From a virus (Duplodnaviria > Heunggongvirae > Uroviricota > Caudoviricetes): a DNA stretch of 64,000 nt. Shown here piece after piece: positions 1-9,032 of this stretch. Location: the IMG/VR virus record IMGVR_UViG_3300005095_000172, positions 1 to 64,000 of that record, one strand, 5' to 3'. The notes below the pieces were generated by a model, which saw only the letters and a list, made by a program, of their open reading frames with translations, did no database searches and had not been told where the DNA came from. Each line of letters starts with the position of its first letter. Position 1 is the first letter of the stretch. A program made the position numbers and the translations under genes.

Positions 1-55
1 TTTTTTTTTCAACTTGTTTTTAGATTGATCTTTAACTTGATCTTCACCTTCTTTT

Positions 56-307
56 TTATCCACCCCGATAATTTTTTCCGATGATACCATATCTACCAAC
101 GAAAGGTCTTTTATCCAATAACTTTAAAAATTCTTTCCTTTGTCCATGATCATCTAAATGAATATACTCTGGGTTGTGAATAGAATTATAAAATGGAAAC
201 TCCAAATTATTTGTTTCGTAAAAATCTCGTATTTTACCCCAAAATCCTGTTTCAGGGATTTCTTCCATATGATTAAAAGATTCCCAATCATTTACTTTAG
301 ATATCAA
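56..307 (-). CDS. hypothetical protein (TTG start in ORF track; the frame is open further upstream)
   Basis: ORF track; tightly packed on the minus strand; no recognisable motifs. Confidence 0.3.
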   Translation of the reverse strand: MISKVNDWESFNHMEEIPETGFWGKIRDFYETNNLEFPFYNSIHNPEYIHLDDHGQRKEFLKLLDKRPFVGRYGIIGKNYRGG

Positions 308-502
308 CCATCTAGAAAAATTTGATGTGGTGTTATCTAAGAAATAGCCATTGTATCCGTTATTTTGAATGATGTTTTTTGTTTCTTGTGATATGTAATC
401 ACTGATAATGAAAAAATCTATCGGAAATTCTTCATCAAAAAATCATCGTTATTGAATCTTGCGATGATATATTTTCTTTCGTTCTTATTTTCCTTACTCA
501 TT

Positions 503-1720
503 TCACTTATTCTCTCCTTTGTAAGAATTAATGTATTCAATAGCATCGAATTCATTCAAAGTCGGTACAAGGAAAGTTTTCATCATGTTCATGAAAACTT
601 TCTCAGGGATAAATTTCCCTTCTTGTAGAAGTCGCTGATTATTTCTGAAATCCAGTGATGACTCACCAACGATGAATATTTTTGAAACTTTGAAATATTC
701 TTTAGGTAGATTATTAATCCACTTTCCTCTTGACTTTTTAGACATATTAGTCATGTCAATTACTATATTTTCTCTATTTTGAACTGCTTTTCGGAATTCG
801 TCTCTGACATAAGTGTCAATCACTTTCTGATCGTTATCATCTAACTGACTCCAAATTTCAGAATAAGAACCTTCAATTTTGTATTTTTTAGCGTATCTCA
901 TCAGCATATCGTCTCTTGATATTACTTTGAATTCACCTTTTTTATTATTAATGTATGTGGTCTTTCCAGAACAAGGTAAGCCAACCAAAATTTCAATGTA
1001 AGGATTTTCAGTTGAATTTCTTCCAGTTATGAATTCTGCTTTAAAGTACTTTTTAAAAGTTTCTTCTCCATATAAAGTACTACCAAGTTCAGGACCAGTG
1101 TCTCCTCTTGAACCAGCTCCTTTTTTATAGAATCTACCAAGTGAATCATTTCTACTTTGCTTAACAAAGTTCTTATAATGCTCATATTGTGGAAACATTT
1201 TAACAATTTCTTCTGGCTTGAATTCTTTCCCGTCTTTAATTCTATTGAAAAGAACACTGTGTAGAGAAATTATTTTAAGAATCTGGTTCATCTCACATTC
1301 ATCGATCACATTCATCGCAACCAATTCAGAAAGAGGGTCGATGGCTTTCCAAAACGAGACTCCATCGTGTCCTCTAAAATGTACCTTTTCCTTAGCTGAA
1401 GTTTCGATATTTGGCCCATTTCTTTCTTCACCATTAAATGAAGGTTTCTTTTCTCCGGCTGGGATTACTCCTCTGGCTGCAGGTTTTCCAACATCATGAA
1501 GTAATGCAGATAATTTTACGATTTTATTGTCGTTTCTTGCTTCTTGGCAAACCATCATAGTGTGTGCCCAAACAGAACCCTCAAGGTGATATGGATTTGG
1601 TTCCGTAGTTTTTACAGCATGGTCAGAGTCTTTCATAGCATCGGCTAATTCTTTAAAGTTCACTTGGAACCAAAAAATCAACTCTTCCATTGTAGGGTTA
1701 TTTTTATCTATAAATTCCAC
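503..1720 (-). CDS. HD-domain phosphohydrolase fused to a Pnk-like P-loop polynucleotide 5'-kinase (RNA/DNA end-healing enzyme)
   Basis: N-terminal 'HTMMV..LLHDVGK' HD motif. C-terminal 'LVGLPCSGKTTYI' Walker A plus 'ISRDDM' matches the T4 Pnk kinase domain ('GCPGSGKST..NRDDY'). GTG start. A promoter element lies upstream. Confidence 0.7.
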   Translation of the reverse strand: MEFIDKNNPTMEELIFWFQVNFKELADAMKDSDHAVKTTEPNPYHLEGSVWAHTMMVCQEARNDNKIVKLSALLHDVGKPAARGVIPAGEKKPSFNGEERNGPNIETSAKEKVHFRGHDGVSFWKAIDPLSELVAMNVIDECEMNQILKIISLHSVLFNRIKDGKEFKPEEIVKMFPQYEHYKNFVKQSRNDSLGRFYKKGAGSRGDTGPELGSTLYGEETFKKYFKAEFITGRNSTENPYIEILVGLPCSGKTTYINNKKGEFKVISRDDMLMRYAKKYKIEGSYSEIWSQLDDNDQKVIDTYVRDEFRKAVQNRENIVIDMTNMSKKSRGKWINNLPKEYFKVSKIFIVGESSLDFRNNQRLLQEGKFIPEKVFMNMMKTFLVPTLNEFDAIEYINSYKGENK

Positions 1721-1726
1721 ATTCTT

Positions 1727-1768
1727 CCTTTATTTTAACTTCTATATTATAGCTAAAGTTAGCTTAAA
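1727..1768 (-). promoter_or_regulatory. Copy of a conserved ~45-nt promoter element. Minus-strand sense: AGCTAACTTTAGCT palindrome, then TATAAT, then ~20 nt, then AAAGAAAGG RBS, then ATG.
   Basis: One of about 20 near-identical copies, each at fixed spacing before a minus-strand start codon. Confidence 0.6.
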
Positions 1769-1783
1769 CTAAGATAAATTAGT

Positions 1784-2284
1784 TTACACAAAAGTTTTTT
1801 GAATTAATTCACCAGTAGGTTCATAAATTTCTTTAATATGAACGGCTCCTAAATCTCCATTTTCTTGCTGATATGTGAAGTCAATCAATCCATTTTCATA
1901 AACTTGAAAGATACCGTATTCAGTGATGGCCTTATCTTTTTGTGTGTCGATGATACTTTCTTCACTTATACCTAGTTTTTCCATTAAATCATAGATTTCA
2001 CTAAGTTCTCTTTTACTTTTTTGAAAAACTTTCTTCTCTAGTTCACGGAAATACTCATCTTGTGTCTGGTATTTTTCATACACGAATTTTCTGATATCAG
2101 AAGGAGACAACGGTTCGTTCATTTCGATCATTTTCAAGTTTTCACTTTCATCTAGGAATCCATTATCTTCTGATGTGATGAAACAAGTATCTACGAATGT
2201 AGTTGTTAACAGAGCATTCGCTCTATCTATAACACTTGATACTCTTTCTTCTGGTGATTTTTTAATTGTTGCTACTACTTTCAT
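1784..2284 (-). CDS. hypothetical protein
   Basis: ORF track; 166 aa; acidic. Confidence 0.45.
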   Translation of the reverse strand: MKVVATIKKSPEERVSSVIDRANALLTTTFVDTCFITSEDNGFLDESENLKMIEMNEPLSPSDIRKFVYEKYQTQDEYFRELEKKVFQKSKRELSEIYDLMEKLGISEESIIDTQKDKAITEYGIFQVYENGLIDFTYQQENGDLGAVHIKEIYEPTGELIQKTFV

Positions 2285-2293
2285 TTTTCTTCC

Positions 2294-2455
2294 TTATAGA
2301 GTTTCTCTGAATTCTTTTACGATTTGAGTAATTTCCTTGGTTGTATAACCATGGTCTGGGAATTTCACTTTGATGTAATTTTTTAAATCACTCGCTTTGG
2401 TCTTACCAGACATTGCCATTGCTTCTCTTAGTTTTTGTTCAGAAACTGTTTTCAT
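2294..2455 (-). CDS. small hypothetical protein (53 aa; not in the ORF track, which omits ORFs under 60 aa)
   Basis: ATG at 2453-2455 with the conserved promoter/RBS element directly upstream; reads MKTVSEQKLREAMAMSGKTKASDL... Confidence 0.35.
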   Translation of the reverse strand: MKTVSEQKLREAMAMSGKTKASDLKNYIKVKFPDHGYTTKEITQIVKEFRETL

Positions 2456-2461
2456 TTTAGT

Positions 2462-2504
2462 CCTTTCTTTTTAACTTCTATATTATAGCTAAAGTTAGCT
2501 TAAA
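2462..2504 (-). promoter_or_regulatory. conserved promoter element copy
   Basis: Consensus match 'cctttctttttaacttctatattatagctaaagttagcttaaag'. Confidence 0.6.
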
Positions 2505-2533
2505 GAGAAATAAACTGATAAAATATTCTATCA

Positions 2534-3013
2534 TTAGATCATTTCTTCATAAATGACTTCAAAATTGTTTTCAGGGTCTAGAAGTTTTACATAACAAACC
2601 TTTTCTTCCCTACCGATAAACCCAGCATAAGATTGTTCTATTAGCCCAGAACTCAGTAATTTAAAGTCTCCTGGGCCATAAGCTGACCTAACTCTAAAAA
2701 CACCTTCAGATACTTCTGAAACGTCTTCTAAAGAATATCCTCTTATCTTGAAAAGTTCAATGATTTGTTCTGGGAATAATTCGTCCAAGATAGTTTTCTT
2801 GAACTCTTCATTTTGTCCAGTAAGTGATTGAATATGTTCTACATTAAAGAGAAATCTCATAGTAGCTTCCTCTTTTTCTTTAGGCACATCAGTTACTGTC
2901 AATTGGCTTATATTTGTCAAAAGTTCTTTTTCTGCGAACTCAACTACTTCTTTGAAGCTAATGATCTTAACATTACCTGAACCGTTTCTAAATTCTAGAG
3001 TAAAAGTTTTCAT
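2534..3013 (-). CDS. hypothetical protein
   Basis: ORF track; preceded by a promoter element copy. Confidence 0.45.
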   Translation of the reverse strand: MKTFTLEFRNGSGNVKIISFKEVVEFAEKELLTNISQLTVTDVPKEKEEATMRFLFNVEHIQSLTGQNEEFKKTILDELFPEQIIELFKIRGYSLEDVSEVSEGVFRVRSAYGPGDFKLLSSGLIEQSYAGFIGREEKVCYVKLLDPENNFEVIYEEMI

Positions 3014-3020
3014 TTTTAAG

Positions 3021-3064
3021 CCTTTCTTTTTAACTTCTTTATTATAGTGTGTTTTAGCTTAAAG
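3021..3064 (-). promoter_or_regulatory. conserved promoter element copy (palindrome degenerate)
   Basis: Partial consensus match. Confidence 0.45.
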
Positions 3065-3251
3065 TTTGGTTAAATTTAGAAATTTTATTTTCCCAAATCA
3101 ATTTCATTAAATCCTCTATTAGTTTTTCAGCTTCCTTTTCACTGATTTTCATAACTTGTATCTGTTCATTTCTTCCTAAATAAAATGAAATTGAAAAGTT
3201 CCCATCTTTGTCAGGACCGCTTGGTGATGTAATTTTTGAATAATGAGTCAT
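3054..3251 (-). CDS. hypothetical protein
   Basis: ORF track. Confidence 0.35.
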   Translation of the reverse strand: MTHYSKITSPSGPDKDGNFSISFYLGRNEQIQVMKISEKEAEKLIEDLMKLIWENKISKFNQTLS

Positions 3252-3333
3252 GCTTTATACTACTCCATTTAGCTTATGATACGCTTAAAATATTTGATAC
3301 TTAAATATTGAGTATTTGAATTAAGGAGAAATC

Positions 3334-3597
3334 ATGTTAAAGGAAATTCTTGAAGAATTGAACGCTGATGTTGAAGAAAAGAAGATGACGCCAACAGAGA
3401 AAAAGGCAGCGGCAAAGTACGCAAAAACACCTCAAGCAAAAAAGGCGACAAAACTTAAAGCTAAGTGTATGGCGAAATTTGGTGATAAAGTTAGAGCTTC
3501 TGGTGGTAAACTAACTTGTAAAGCAGACGGTACTGTCGGTAAAGGTATGGATAAAGCTACTAAGAAAGCTATGATGAAAGCGAGAAAGAAGCACTAA
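3334..3597 (+). CDS. Lys/Ala-rich basic protein, histone H1 / Hc1-like (putative DNA-binding or condensing protein)
   Basis: Only well-supported plus-strand gene. Strong RBS 'taaggagaaatcATG'. Low-complexity 'KKAAAKYAKTPQAKKATKLKAK' composition. Followed by a bidirectional hairpin. Confidence 0.55.
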   Translation: MLKEILEELNADVEEKKMTPTEKKAAAKYAKTPQAKKATKLKAKCMAKFGDKVRASGGKLTCKADGTVGKGMDKATKKAMMKARKKH

Positions 3598-3607
3598 GTT
3601 TAAATTT

Positions 3608-3644
3608 GATTCAGGAAGTAAGTTTGAAACAGAATTCCTGAATC
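3608..3644. terminator. bidirectional hairpin between convergent genes (perfect 10-bp stem gattcaggaa/ttcctgaatc, 17-nt loop)
   Basis: Seen in the sequence. Lies 11 nt after the plus-gene stop and 8 nt after the minus-gene stop. U-tracts are weak. Confidence 0.45.
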
Positions 3645-3651
3645 AGTTACT

Positions 3652-4080
3652 TTAAGAAATGCTCATGTCTAAAATGATAATTTCTCCAGAAGGAGTCTGG
3701 TTTATGAAAGTCGTTACATTCAATTCACCCTTATCTATTGTTCCAGGTGTGTTTATCGTTTCGTCACAAACTACTCTATAATCATCAATACAGTTCTGGG
3801 ATTTAGCAAACTCTAAAACTCTTTCAAAACTACTTCTAACTTCCGCTCTAAGTGATTCATCGTTCATTTCAAATTGTACTTTACTCATGTAATTCGAAAG
3901 ATCAGATTTGATTTCATTTAAGCATTTTCTTACATTCGCACGTTCAAATAGGTTACAGGAAGTTTCTTGTGGATAATTTTCAACTACATTTTCGTTTGCT
4001 TCAAGACCAAATGCTACCAATAACGCAGTTGGGACATATAATTTCAGGAATAATCTTCTTGTTTTGTTGAATTCAGTCAT
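3652..4080 (-). CDS. hypothetical secreted/membrane-anchored protein
   Basis: N-terminal hydrophobic segment 'RRLFLKLYVPTALLVAFGL'. Confidence 0.4.
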   Translation of the reverse strand: MTEFNKTRRLFLKLYVPTALLVAFGLEANENVVENYPQETSCNLFERANVRKCLNEIKSDLSNYMSKVQFEMNDESLRAEVRSSFERVLEFAKSQNCIDDYRVVCDETINTPGTIDKGELNVTTFINQTPSGEIIILDMSIS

Positions 4081-4319
4081 CTTTTCTTTACCTCTAATTT
4101 ACCATCTTTATACCCATAAGACATTAGTGTTTTTGTATTTTTACCACATTTGGGGCACATAAATCTTGTATGGTTAAAAATAGAAGAGTTGTCATACACA
4201 GCTTCGCAATCATCGCAATAAGTACACTCTTTCCACTCAGTATCATTTGGAGTAAGAGTTTTCATGTACATGACAAAAAGACCGCCAATAAATCCTAATA
4301 TAAAAGTTAAAGGGCACAT
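4077..4319 (-). CDS. membrane-anchored zinc-ribbon protein
   Basis: N-terminal TM helix; CxxC...CxxC ('CTYCDDC...CPKCG'). Confidence 0.4.
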   Translation of the reverse strand: MCPLTFILGFIGGLFVMYMKTLTPNDTEWKECTYCDDCEAVYDNSSIFNHTRFMCPKCGKNTKTLMSYGYKDGKLEVKKR

Positions 4320-4422
4320 TTTAAACTTCCATCAATGCAATAAAAACGCATTTTTTGTAGGTTTTTGACCTTTCTATTAATGTACTTGTTTCACCACTTA
4401 ATGTGCTTCCTAAAATAATCAT

Positions 4423-4632
4423 CTAACACCCTTTCTTAATTTTATTTGCTTGTTCTTTAGAAATCGTTCTTAATAGATAAATTGAATTTGCGTCCATAGT
4501 TCTATTTTTATAAAGCTTAATGTCCCCGTCAATCTCTTTATCTTCAAATTCAGTTTCGATGAGACACTTTACTCCGTATTCATCAAAATCTTCGATGTAA
4601 TCAATATCCCTTAGAATAAAGTTGTAATCCAT
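4423..4632 (-). CDS. hypothetical protein
   Basis: ORF track; promoter element upstream. Confidence 0.4.
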   Translation of the reverse strand: MDYNFILRDIDYIEDFDEYGVKCLIETEFEDKEIDGDIKLYKNRTMDANSIYLLRTISKEQANKIKKGC

Positions 4633-4638
4633 TTTAGT

Positions 4639-4682
4639 CCTTTCTTTTAAAGTTCTGTATCATAGCTAAAGTTAGCTTAAAG
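4639..4682 (-). promoter_or_regulatory. conserved promoter element copy
   Basis: Consensus match. Confidence 0.55.
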
Positions 4683-4691
4683 AGAATATAT

Positions 4692-4898
4692 CTACAAGAA
4701 TTTATGCACTTTCCATTTTTCTTCTACTACCTTAGTTGCAAAAACCATGTCTACTTCCATAGCTATCCTATGTAGCCAAAATACAACAGTTTCATTTCTC
4801 TTTTCCACAAAATATTTCAGTATTTCAAAATCACCGTTAAGGATCATGTTGGAAATACAAGTTGGAGTGATTTGAGTTTTATCTATGTTGATATACAT
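4692..4898 (-). CDS. hypothetical protein
   Basis: ORF track. Confidence 0.35.
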   Translation of the reverse strand: MYINIDKTQITPTCISNMILNGDFEILKYFVEKRNETVVFWLHRIAMEVDMVFATKVVEEKWKVHKFL

Positions 4899-5055
4899 AT
4901 CTCTGTTTGTCCCTTTAAATGTCGTGAAACTTTTTTCTTAAGTATAGTTTCAAATATTCTTCTATATTCTTAGCACCTACTGGATTTGCGCTATGAACAT
5001 TGAACCTAAAGTGTCTTGGAATTTCTATTACTCCATCTAAATCAGCTTCAACTAT

Positions 5056-5241
5056 CTATTTTACTAAGTCATACCCAGTAAGTTCTTTAACTCCTGGTTC
5101 TATACCAAGGTCATGGTCAAACGAAATATAGTCAGGGAAATCATTGTTAAGTAAGAACAAGACTGCTTCATCATAGCTTCTTACTACTATAAATGATTCC
5201 TCTTTAGGAGTTCTGATGTCGTCTAAGTAAAGTTTAGTCAT
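5056..5241 (-). CDS. hypothetical protein
   Basis: ORF track. Confidence 0.35.
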   Translation of the reverse strand: MTKLYLDDIRTPKEESFIVVRSYDEAVLFLLNNDFPDYISFDHDLGIEPGVKELTGYDLVK

Positions 5242-5242
5242 T

Positions 5243-5440
5243 TTAGTTCTTTCTATTTTTTACTATGCTTCTTAGAAAATCAATTTTTTGATTCACACCA
5301 ATGTCGTTCATATCCCATTTATATCCATGTTCTTTAGCATAAACCACCAAATCTTGAAAAGTGATTCTTGAAATTTCGTTAGGGAATTCACCAACTACCG
5401 CTCGTGAAATTAGTTCACTTATGACTTCTTGCTTATTCAT
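5243..5440 (-). CDS. hypothetical protein
   Basis: ORF track; promoter element upstream. Confidence 0.4.
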   Translation of the reverse strand: MNKQEVISELISRAVVGEFPNEISRITFQDLVVYAKEHGYKWDMNDIGVNQKIDFLRSIVKNRKN

Positions 5441-5445
5441 TATTT

Positions 5446-5493
5446 CCTTTCTTTTCTTTTTAACTTCTATATTATAGCTAAAGTTAGCTTAAA
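5446..5493 (-). promoter_or_regulatory. conserved promoter element copy
   Basis: Consensus match. Confidence 0.6.
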
Positions 5494-5710
5494 GAGAAAT
5501 AAAGTCTTTGTAATCTACAACTTGAATATCATTAGAATGAGTTTTTTGAGATTCAGCGTAAAAGAGAAGCTCATTAGTTTCACTTAATTGTTCGTCAATC
5601 TTTAAGATCATATCTACAAGCATTCGTTCTCTTGTTACTTTATAATCTCTCTTCAGTATTTGAATGAGATTCCTCTTTAAACTTTCTGTCGCAGAACTAT
5701 CTTGAACCAT
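5489..5710 (-). CDS. hypothetical protein
   Basis: ORF track. Confidence 0.35.
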   Translation of the reverse strand: MVQDSSATESLKRNLIQILKRDYKVTRERMLVDMILKIDEQLSETNELLFYAESQKTHSNDIQVVDYKDFISL

Positions 5711-5750
5711 CTCTATCAGTTCTTTATATCATATATGTTCATTTTTATCC

Positions 5751-6866
5751 TTATTCAATTTCGCCCAACAACTTTCTAGCTTGTTCTAGTTTAGAAGTTT
5801 CTTTGATAATTCTTTCCTTAATCATCTTCTCCATTTTTTCTGGAGAACTAGGATAGTCATAAAGACACTTCATAACAATACCAAAGTCTTGAGTTTTTGA
5901 ATGCTCAATAGCGAAAGATTTTCTATCGTTAAAATCAAAGAACTTGTTTCTAAGTTCAACGGCTTTTTGAACTCTATGGTTATAGTATTTTTCAATTTTC
6001 TCGATAATTCCCTCAATTCTTACTCTTTCTTCAGAACCTTGCTCAAGTTCAGCTAAAACATCATCAATTTCTTCATTTAGTATCAAGTCAATCAATGTGT
6101 TTTCCTTACTAAGATCATCTAGAAGACCGTGTCTTTCAATGTACCAATCTGTTTTTACTTTGATGAATTGACCGTCTTTGAATTTTACTACATATCCTTC
6201 AATATTTTCTTCAGAAGCCTTTCTCTCAATAATTTCATCTAAAGTCAAATCAAATGTTTCGGCAGCAGGAATTGACATTTCTTTCGCAAACTTTTTTACA
6301 TCATCTGTAGAATAGTATTCACCAGTTTCTTTATCCCGAACTTGAAGTAATCTAAGTTCAGTTCTTTCATAAGTTAGGACAATCTTATTTCTTGGAGAAA
6401 CCAATTCAAAAAGAAAAACTTTATCTAAATTGGCATCTAAGACATCTTGAATAAAACTTGTGAAAAGAATAGTACTAACCATTTTTGTTTGGTCATTGTC
6501 AAATGACATCTTTGTCTTTGGAACAAATTTTCCATTAGGTAGTCTAACGAATGAAATTAATGAACCATCTTCTTTGAAAGAAACTGAGTCAATTTCTTTA
6601 TCTTTCACGACTCCATATTGTACTGTTTCACCTTGGTTCAGGTTCAGGAACTTTGTCAACATAGGAGTTCTTTCCCAAACATCTTCATTTTTAAGGAAAG
6701 TTAAACCCCTCAATTCCCACGCATCATTTTCAATGAAGTCATTTTCAAACGCTAATCTGTAATTGAACAAAGCGTATTCGTACCCTTGGACAGTACCACT
6801 TTGAACATAAAATGCCTCTGAATTTTCGGTAATTTTAAGTGCTTCTTCATAAGTAGGTAATTTCAT
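5751..6866 (-). CDS. rnlA: RNA ligase 1 (T4 RnlA family)
   Basis: Nucleotidyltransferase motif I 'FKEDGSLIS' is identical in pattern to T4 Rnl1 'TKEDGSLVS'. N-terminal 'ELRGLTFL'/'FLNLNQGE' resemble T4 'ECRGIMFE'/'FFNLNENP'. Confidence 0.8.
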   Translation of the reverse strand: MKLPTYEEALKITENSEAFYVQSGTVQGYEYALFNYRLAFENDFIENDAWELRGLTFLKNEDVWERTPMLTKFLNLNQGETVQYGVVKDKEIDSVSFKEDGSLISFVRLPNGKFVPKTKMSFDNDQTKMVSTILFTSFIQDVLDANLDKVFLFELVSPRNKIVLTYERTELRLLQVRDKETGEYYSTDDVKKFAKEMSIPAAETFDLTLDEIIERKASEENIEGYVVKFKDGQFIKVKTDWYIERHGLLDDLSKENTLIDLILNEEIDDVLAELEQGSEERVRIEGIIEKIEKYYNHRVQKAVELRNKFFDFNDRKSFAIEHSKTQDFGIVMKCLYDYPSSPEKMEKMIKERIIKETSKLEQARKLLGEIE

Positions 6867-6876
6867 TTCTTTCCTT

Positions 6877-7389
6877 TTAAAATTGAATGATTTTCTTGAA
6901 CCAATTATTTGTTTTTTCTTTGAAACCCTTAAGTTCTTTTTCTAGTTCTTTATTTCTTTCCTTAAGATTTTGAATTTTCTTGAATTCTTTGTATGTGGTC
7001 GGATTACATTTTTCTAAAGAAATCATATCGTGTAAGTTATCGTGACATTTTATACATAACACTACTCCATTAGATTCATCATAGGCTAAGTTTTGATAGT
7101 ATGACTTAGGATAGATATGATGTGCTTGAAACCCACCTTTAGGATTCTTCACTCCACATACATCACACCCATTACCGTTCTTCTTAACTCTATCAGCCCA
7201 ATTTCGAAGCCTGCCTTTAGAAAGTGTTGGGTTAAGTTCCCGTTCTAATTGCTTAATTTCCCAATTTAGTTTCTTGACCTCACCATTCAGTTCTGAAATC
7301 CTTTCCTTTGCTTTTCGGTTAATCTCAAGTGTTTCATTATGGGTTTTTATAGTAGTTAGTCCGATTTTAGAAAGAATGGAAAACTTCAT
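6877..7389 (-). CDS. HNH endonuclease (free-standing homing-endonuclease-like) with coiled-coil
   Basis: 'CDVCG...HHIYPKS...CIKCHDNLH' HNH zinc-finger motif. Confidence 0.7.
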   Translation of the reverse strand: MKFSILSKIGLTTIKTHNETLEINRKAKERISELNGEVKKLNWEIKQLERELNPTLSKGRLRNWADRVKKNGNGCDVCGVKNPKGGFQAHHIYPKSYYQNLAYDESNGVVLCIKCHDNLHDMISLEKCNPTTYKEFKKIQNLKERNKELEKELKGFKEKTNNWFKKIIQF

Positions 7390-7634
7390 TTTTCAAACAC
7401 CTCATCTATATCTACCCAATATGAAATAGTATCAGCTGTTTCGAACCTAACTTCGTCTTCTTCTATACCGAAAGACCTGACTAACATAGTTCTAGAAACA
7501 CAATCAGCATCGAAATCTAGTTTCACTGATTTTTCGAAGGTATGTATATCAAACTCATCGAATCTAATCATAAATTCTTCGGTGAAATTTGTAAGTTTTC
7601 CCATTAGTTCTTTAAAAGTGAATGAAGTTTTCAT
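7386..7634 (-). CDS. hypothetical protein (its promoter is disrupted by the IS insertion)
   Basis: ORF track. It keeps the conserved RBS-ATG half of the promoter element, but the -10/palindrome half now sits on the far side of the IS. Confidence 0.4.
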   Translation of the reverse strand: MKTSFTFKELMGKLTNFTEEFMIRFDEFDIHTFEKSVKLDFDADCVSRTMLVRSFGIEEDEVRFETADTISYWVDIDEVFEK

Positions 7635-7640
7635 TTTAAG

Positions 7641-7652
7641 CCTTTCTTTTTA
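7641..7652 (-). promoter_or_regulatory. RBS-proximal remnant of a promoter element copy, cut off by the IS607 insertion
   Basis: Matches the consensus only up to 'cctttcttttta'. Confidence 0.45.
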
Positions 7653-7827
7653 TATGTTATATGATACTCTCCAAATATAAAGTAATTGTAAGTAATTAAT
7701 CTTTATATAAACTTAAACAAGCGTTTAAATCCAGAGTTCCTAATTCATCGACCTTGCTATAAATAGTCTTATTTGGTCTCCAAAGGCTTAATTTTATAGT
7801 GTTTCTGGGTATCCCTCAGTAGCACTT

Positions 7828-8991
7828 TTAGTTTTCTTTGAGTAACTCTAATCCTCTTCTAAGGATGTTTAGAGCAGCATTTATATCTCTATCTTCTTCA
7901 AAACCACAATGTTCACAATTATATATGCGTTCTGATAATTTCAGTTCATCTTTAACACAACCACACCTTGAACATGTCTTTGAAGAAGGATAGAATGTTT
8001 CTATTTGTACTACACTAACTTGGTTTTCGTTAGCTTTGTATAGAAGTTTGGTGACTAAATCACCCCAAGCAACATCTTGTATCGCTTTAGAAAGTCTTCT
8101 ATTTTTCATCATGTTCTTAACTTGAAGACTTTCTAAAGCAATGAAATCATAAATATTCACGAGTTTTCTTGTAATTTTATGGTTTCTATCATCTCTTTGA
8201 TTTTTGATTTTACGGTGTATCTTTTGTACTTTCTTCTTAGATTTTATTCTATTCTTAGAACCTTTCTTTCTTCTTGAAAGTTCTTTCTGAGCTTGTTTAA
8301 GCTTCTTAGAACTTTTATGAGTAAGTTTAGAATTCCCTATTTTCTCTCCATTAGAAGTTATCACTATGTCTTTTATCCCTAGATCAATACCAACTGGTTT
8401 ACTTTGTCCTTTGACTTTGAAAGAAGATATTTCAACTTTGAAAGTAATTGAGATAAAATATAAATCTCCTTCTTTAACGATTGTATAACCAGTAACTTTC
8501 TCTGGTAAATCCCAATTAGTCTTGTGTTTTTTGAATTTAATTAAATGGTCTTCTTTCGAATAAGGAGATGACTTTCCTTTTGGAATGACTATCTTGTTAT
8601 CATTGAATTTAACTCTTAACCCAGCATACATATTAATACTCTGAGTCATATTCTTCCTTGATTTGAATTTAGGATACCCACCATTTCTATAGAACCCTTG
8701 GAATCCTTTATAAAGGTTAGCTAATGAAGCTTGTAAGTAGTCATTAGCTGAACGATACAGAAAAGAGTGAGTTTGTTTAAGTTCTGTTAGAGATTTTCCT
8801 AATTGAGTTTGATTAGGGATATTTGGATAATCTTCGTTTTTAGAATAATGGCCAAATTTGAAATCTTTTATTTCTGATAAGATTTGGTTATAAACAAATC
8901 TTTGTTGACCGAATAATTCATATAGTAGAGCTTTTTGTTTAGCTGAAGGAAGGAGTCTATATTTATTAGTTCTGATGATACTTCTTGACAT
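7828..8991 (-). CDS. tnpB: TnpB (IS605/IS607 OrfB; RuvC-like RNA-guided nuclease family)
   Basis: C-terminal 'CSRCGCV...YNCEHCGFEEDRDINAALNI' RuvC-III/zinc-finger signature, typical length, basic K/R-rich central region. Confidence 0.85.
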   Translation of the reverse strand: MSRSIIRTNKYRLLPSAKQKALLYELFGQQRFVYNQILSEIKDFKFGHYSKNEDYPNIPNQTQLGKSLTELKQTHSFLYRSANDYLQASLANLYKGFQGFYRNGGYPKFKSRKNMTQSINMYAGLRVKFNDNKIVIPKGKSSPYSKEDHLIKFKKHKTNWDLPEKVTGYTIVKEGDLYFISITFKVEISSFKVKGQSKPVGIDLGIKDIVITSNGEKIGNSKLTHKSSKKLKQAQKELSRRKKGSKNRIKSKKKVQKIHRKIKNQRDDRNHKITRKLVNIYDFIALESLQVKNMMKNRRLSKAIQDVAWGDLVTKLLYKANENQVSVVQIETFYPSSKTCSRCGCVKDELKLSERIYNCEHCGFEEDRDINAALNILRRGLELLKEN

Positions 8992-9032
8992 AAACCCTCC
9001 TTATTTTAACTTATTATAGTTATTTAATACTC

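Noticed and set aside
1027-1257. Minus-strand ORF 1027-1257 nested in another frame of the HD-Pnk gene
   Set aside because: It lies inside a larger conserved-motif ORF in a different frame, so it is very unlikely to be real.
1218-1499. Numerous plus-strand ORFs of 60-160 aa embedded antisense within minus-strand genes (for example 1218-1499, 6460-6762, 10133-10597, 10503-10844, 42850-43326, 56768-57037)
   Set aside because: All are antisense to longer, motif-bearing minus-strand genes. They have low-complexity Ser/Phe/Leu/Ile-rich translations typical of AT-rich antisense frames and lack RBSs. I treated them as spurious.
1727-1768. Match of the repeated promoter element to T4 MotA box or late-promoter TATAAATA consensus
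   Set aside because: The -30 region (AGCTAACTTTAGCT) does not match (a/t)(a/t)TGCTT(t/c)A, and the -10 is TATAAT rather than TATAAATA. I report it as an uncharacterised element class instead.
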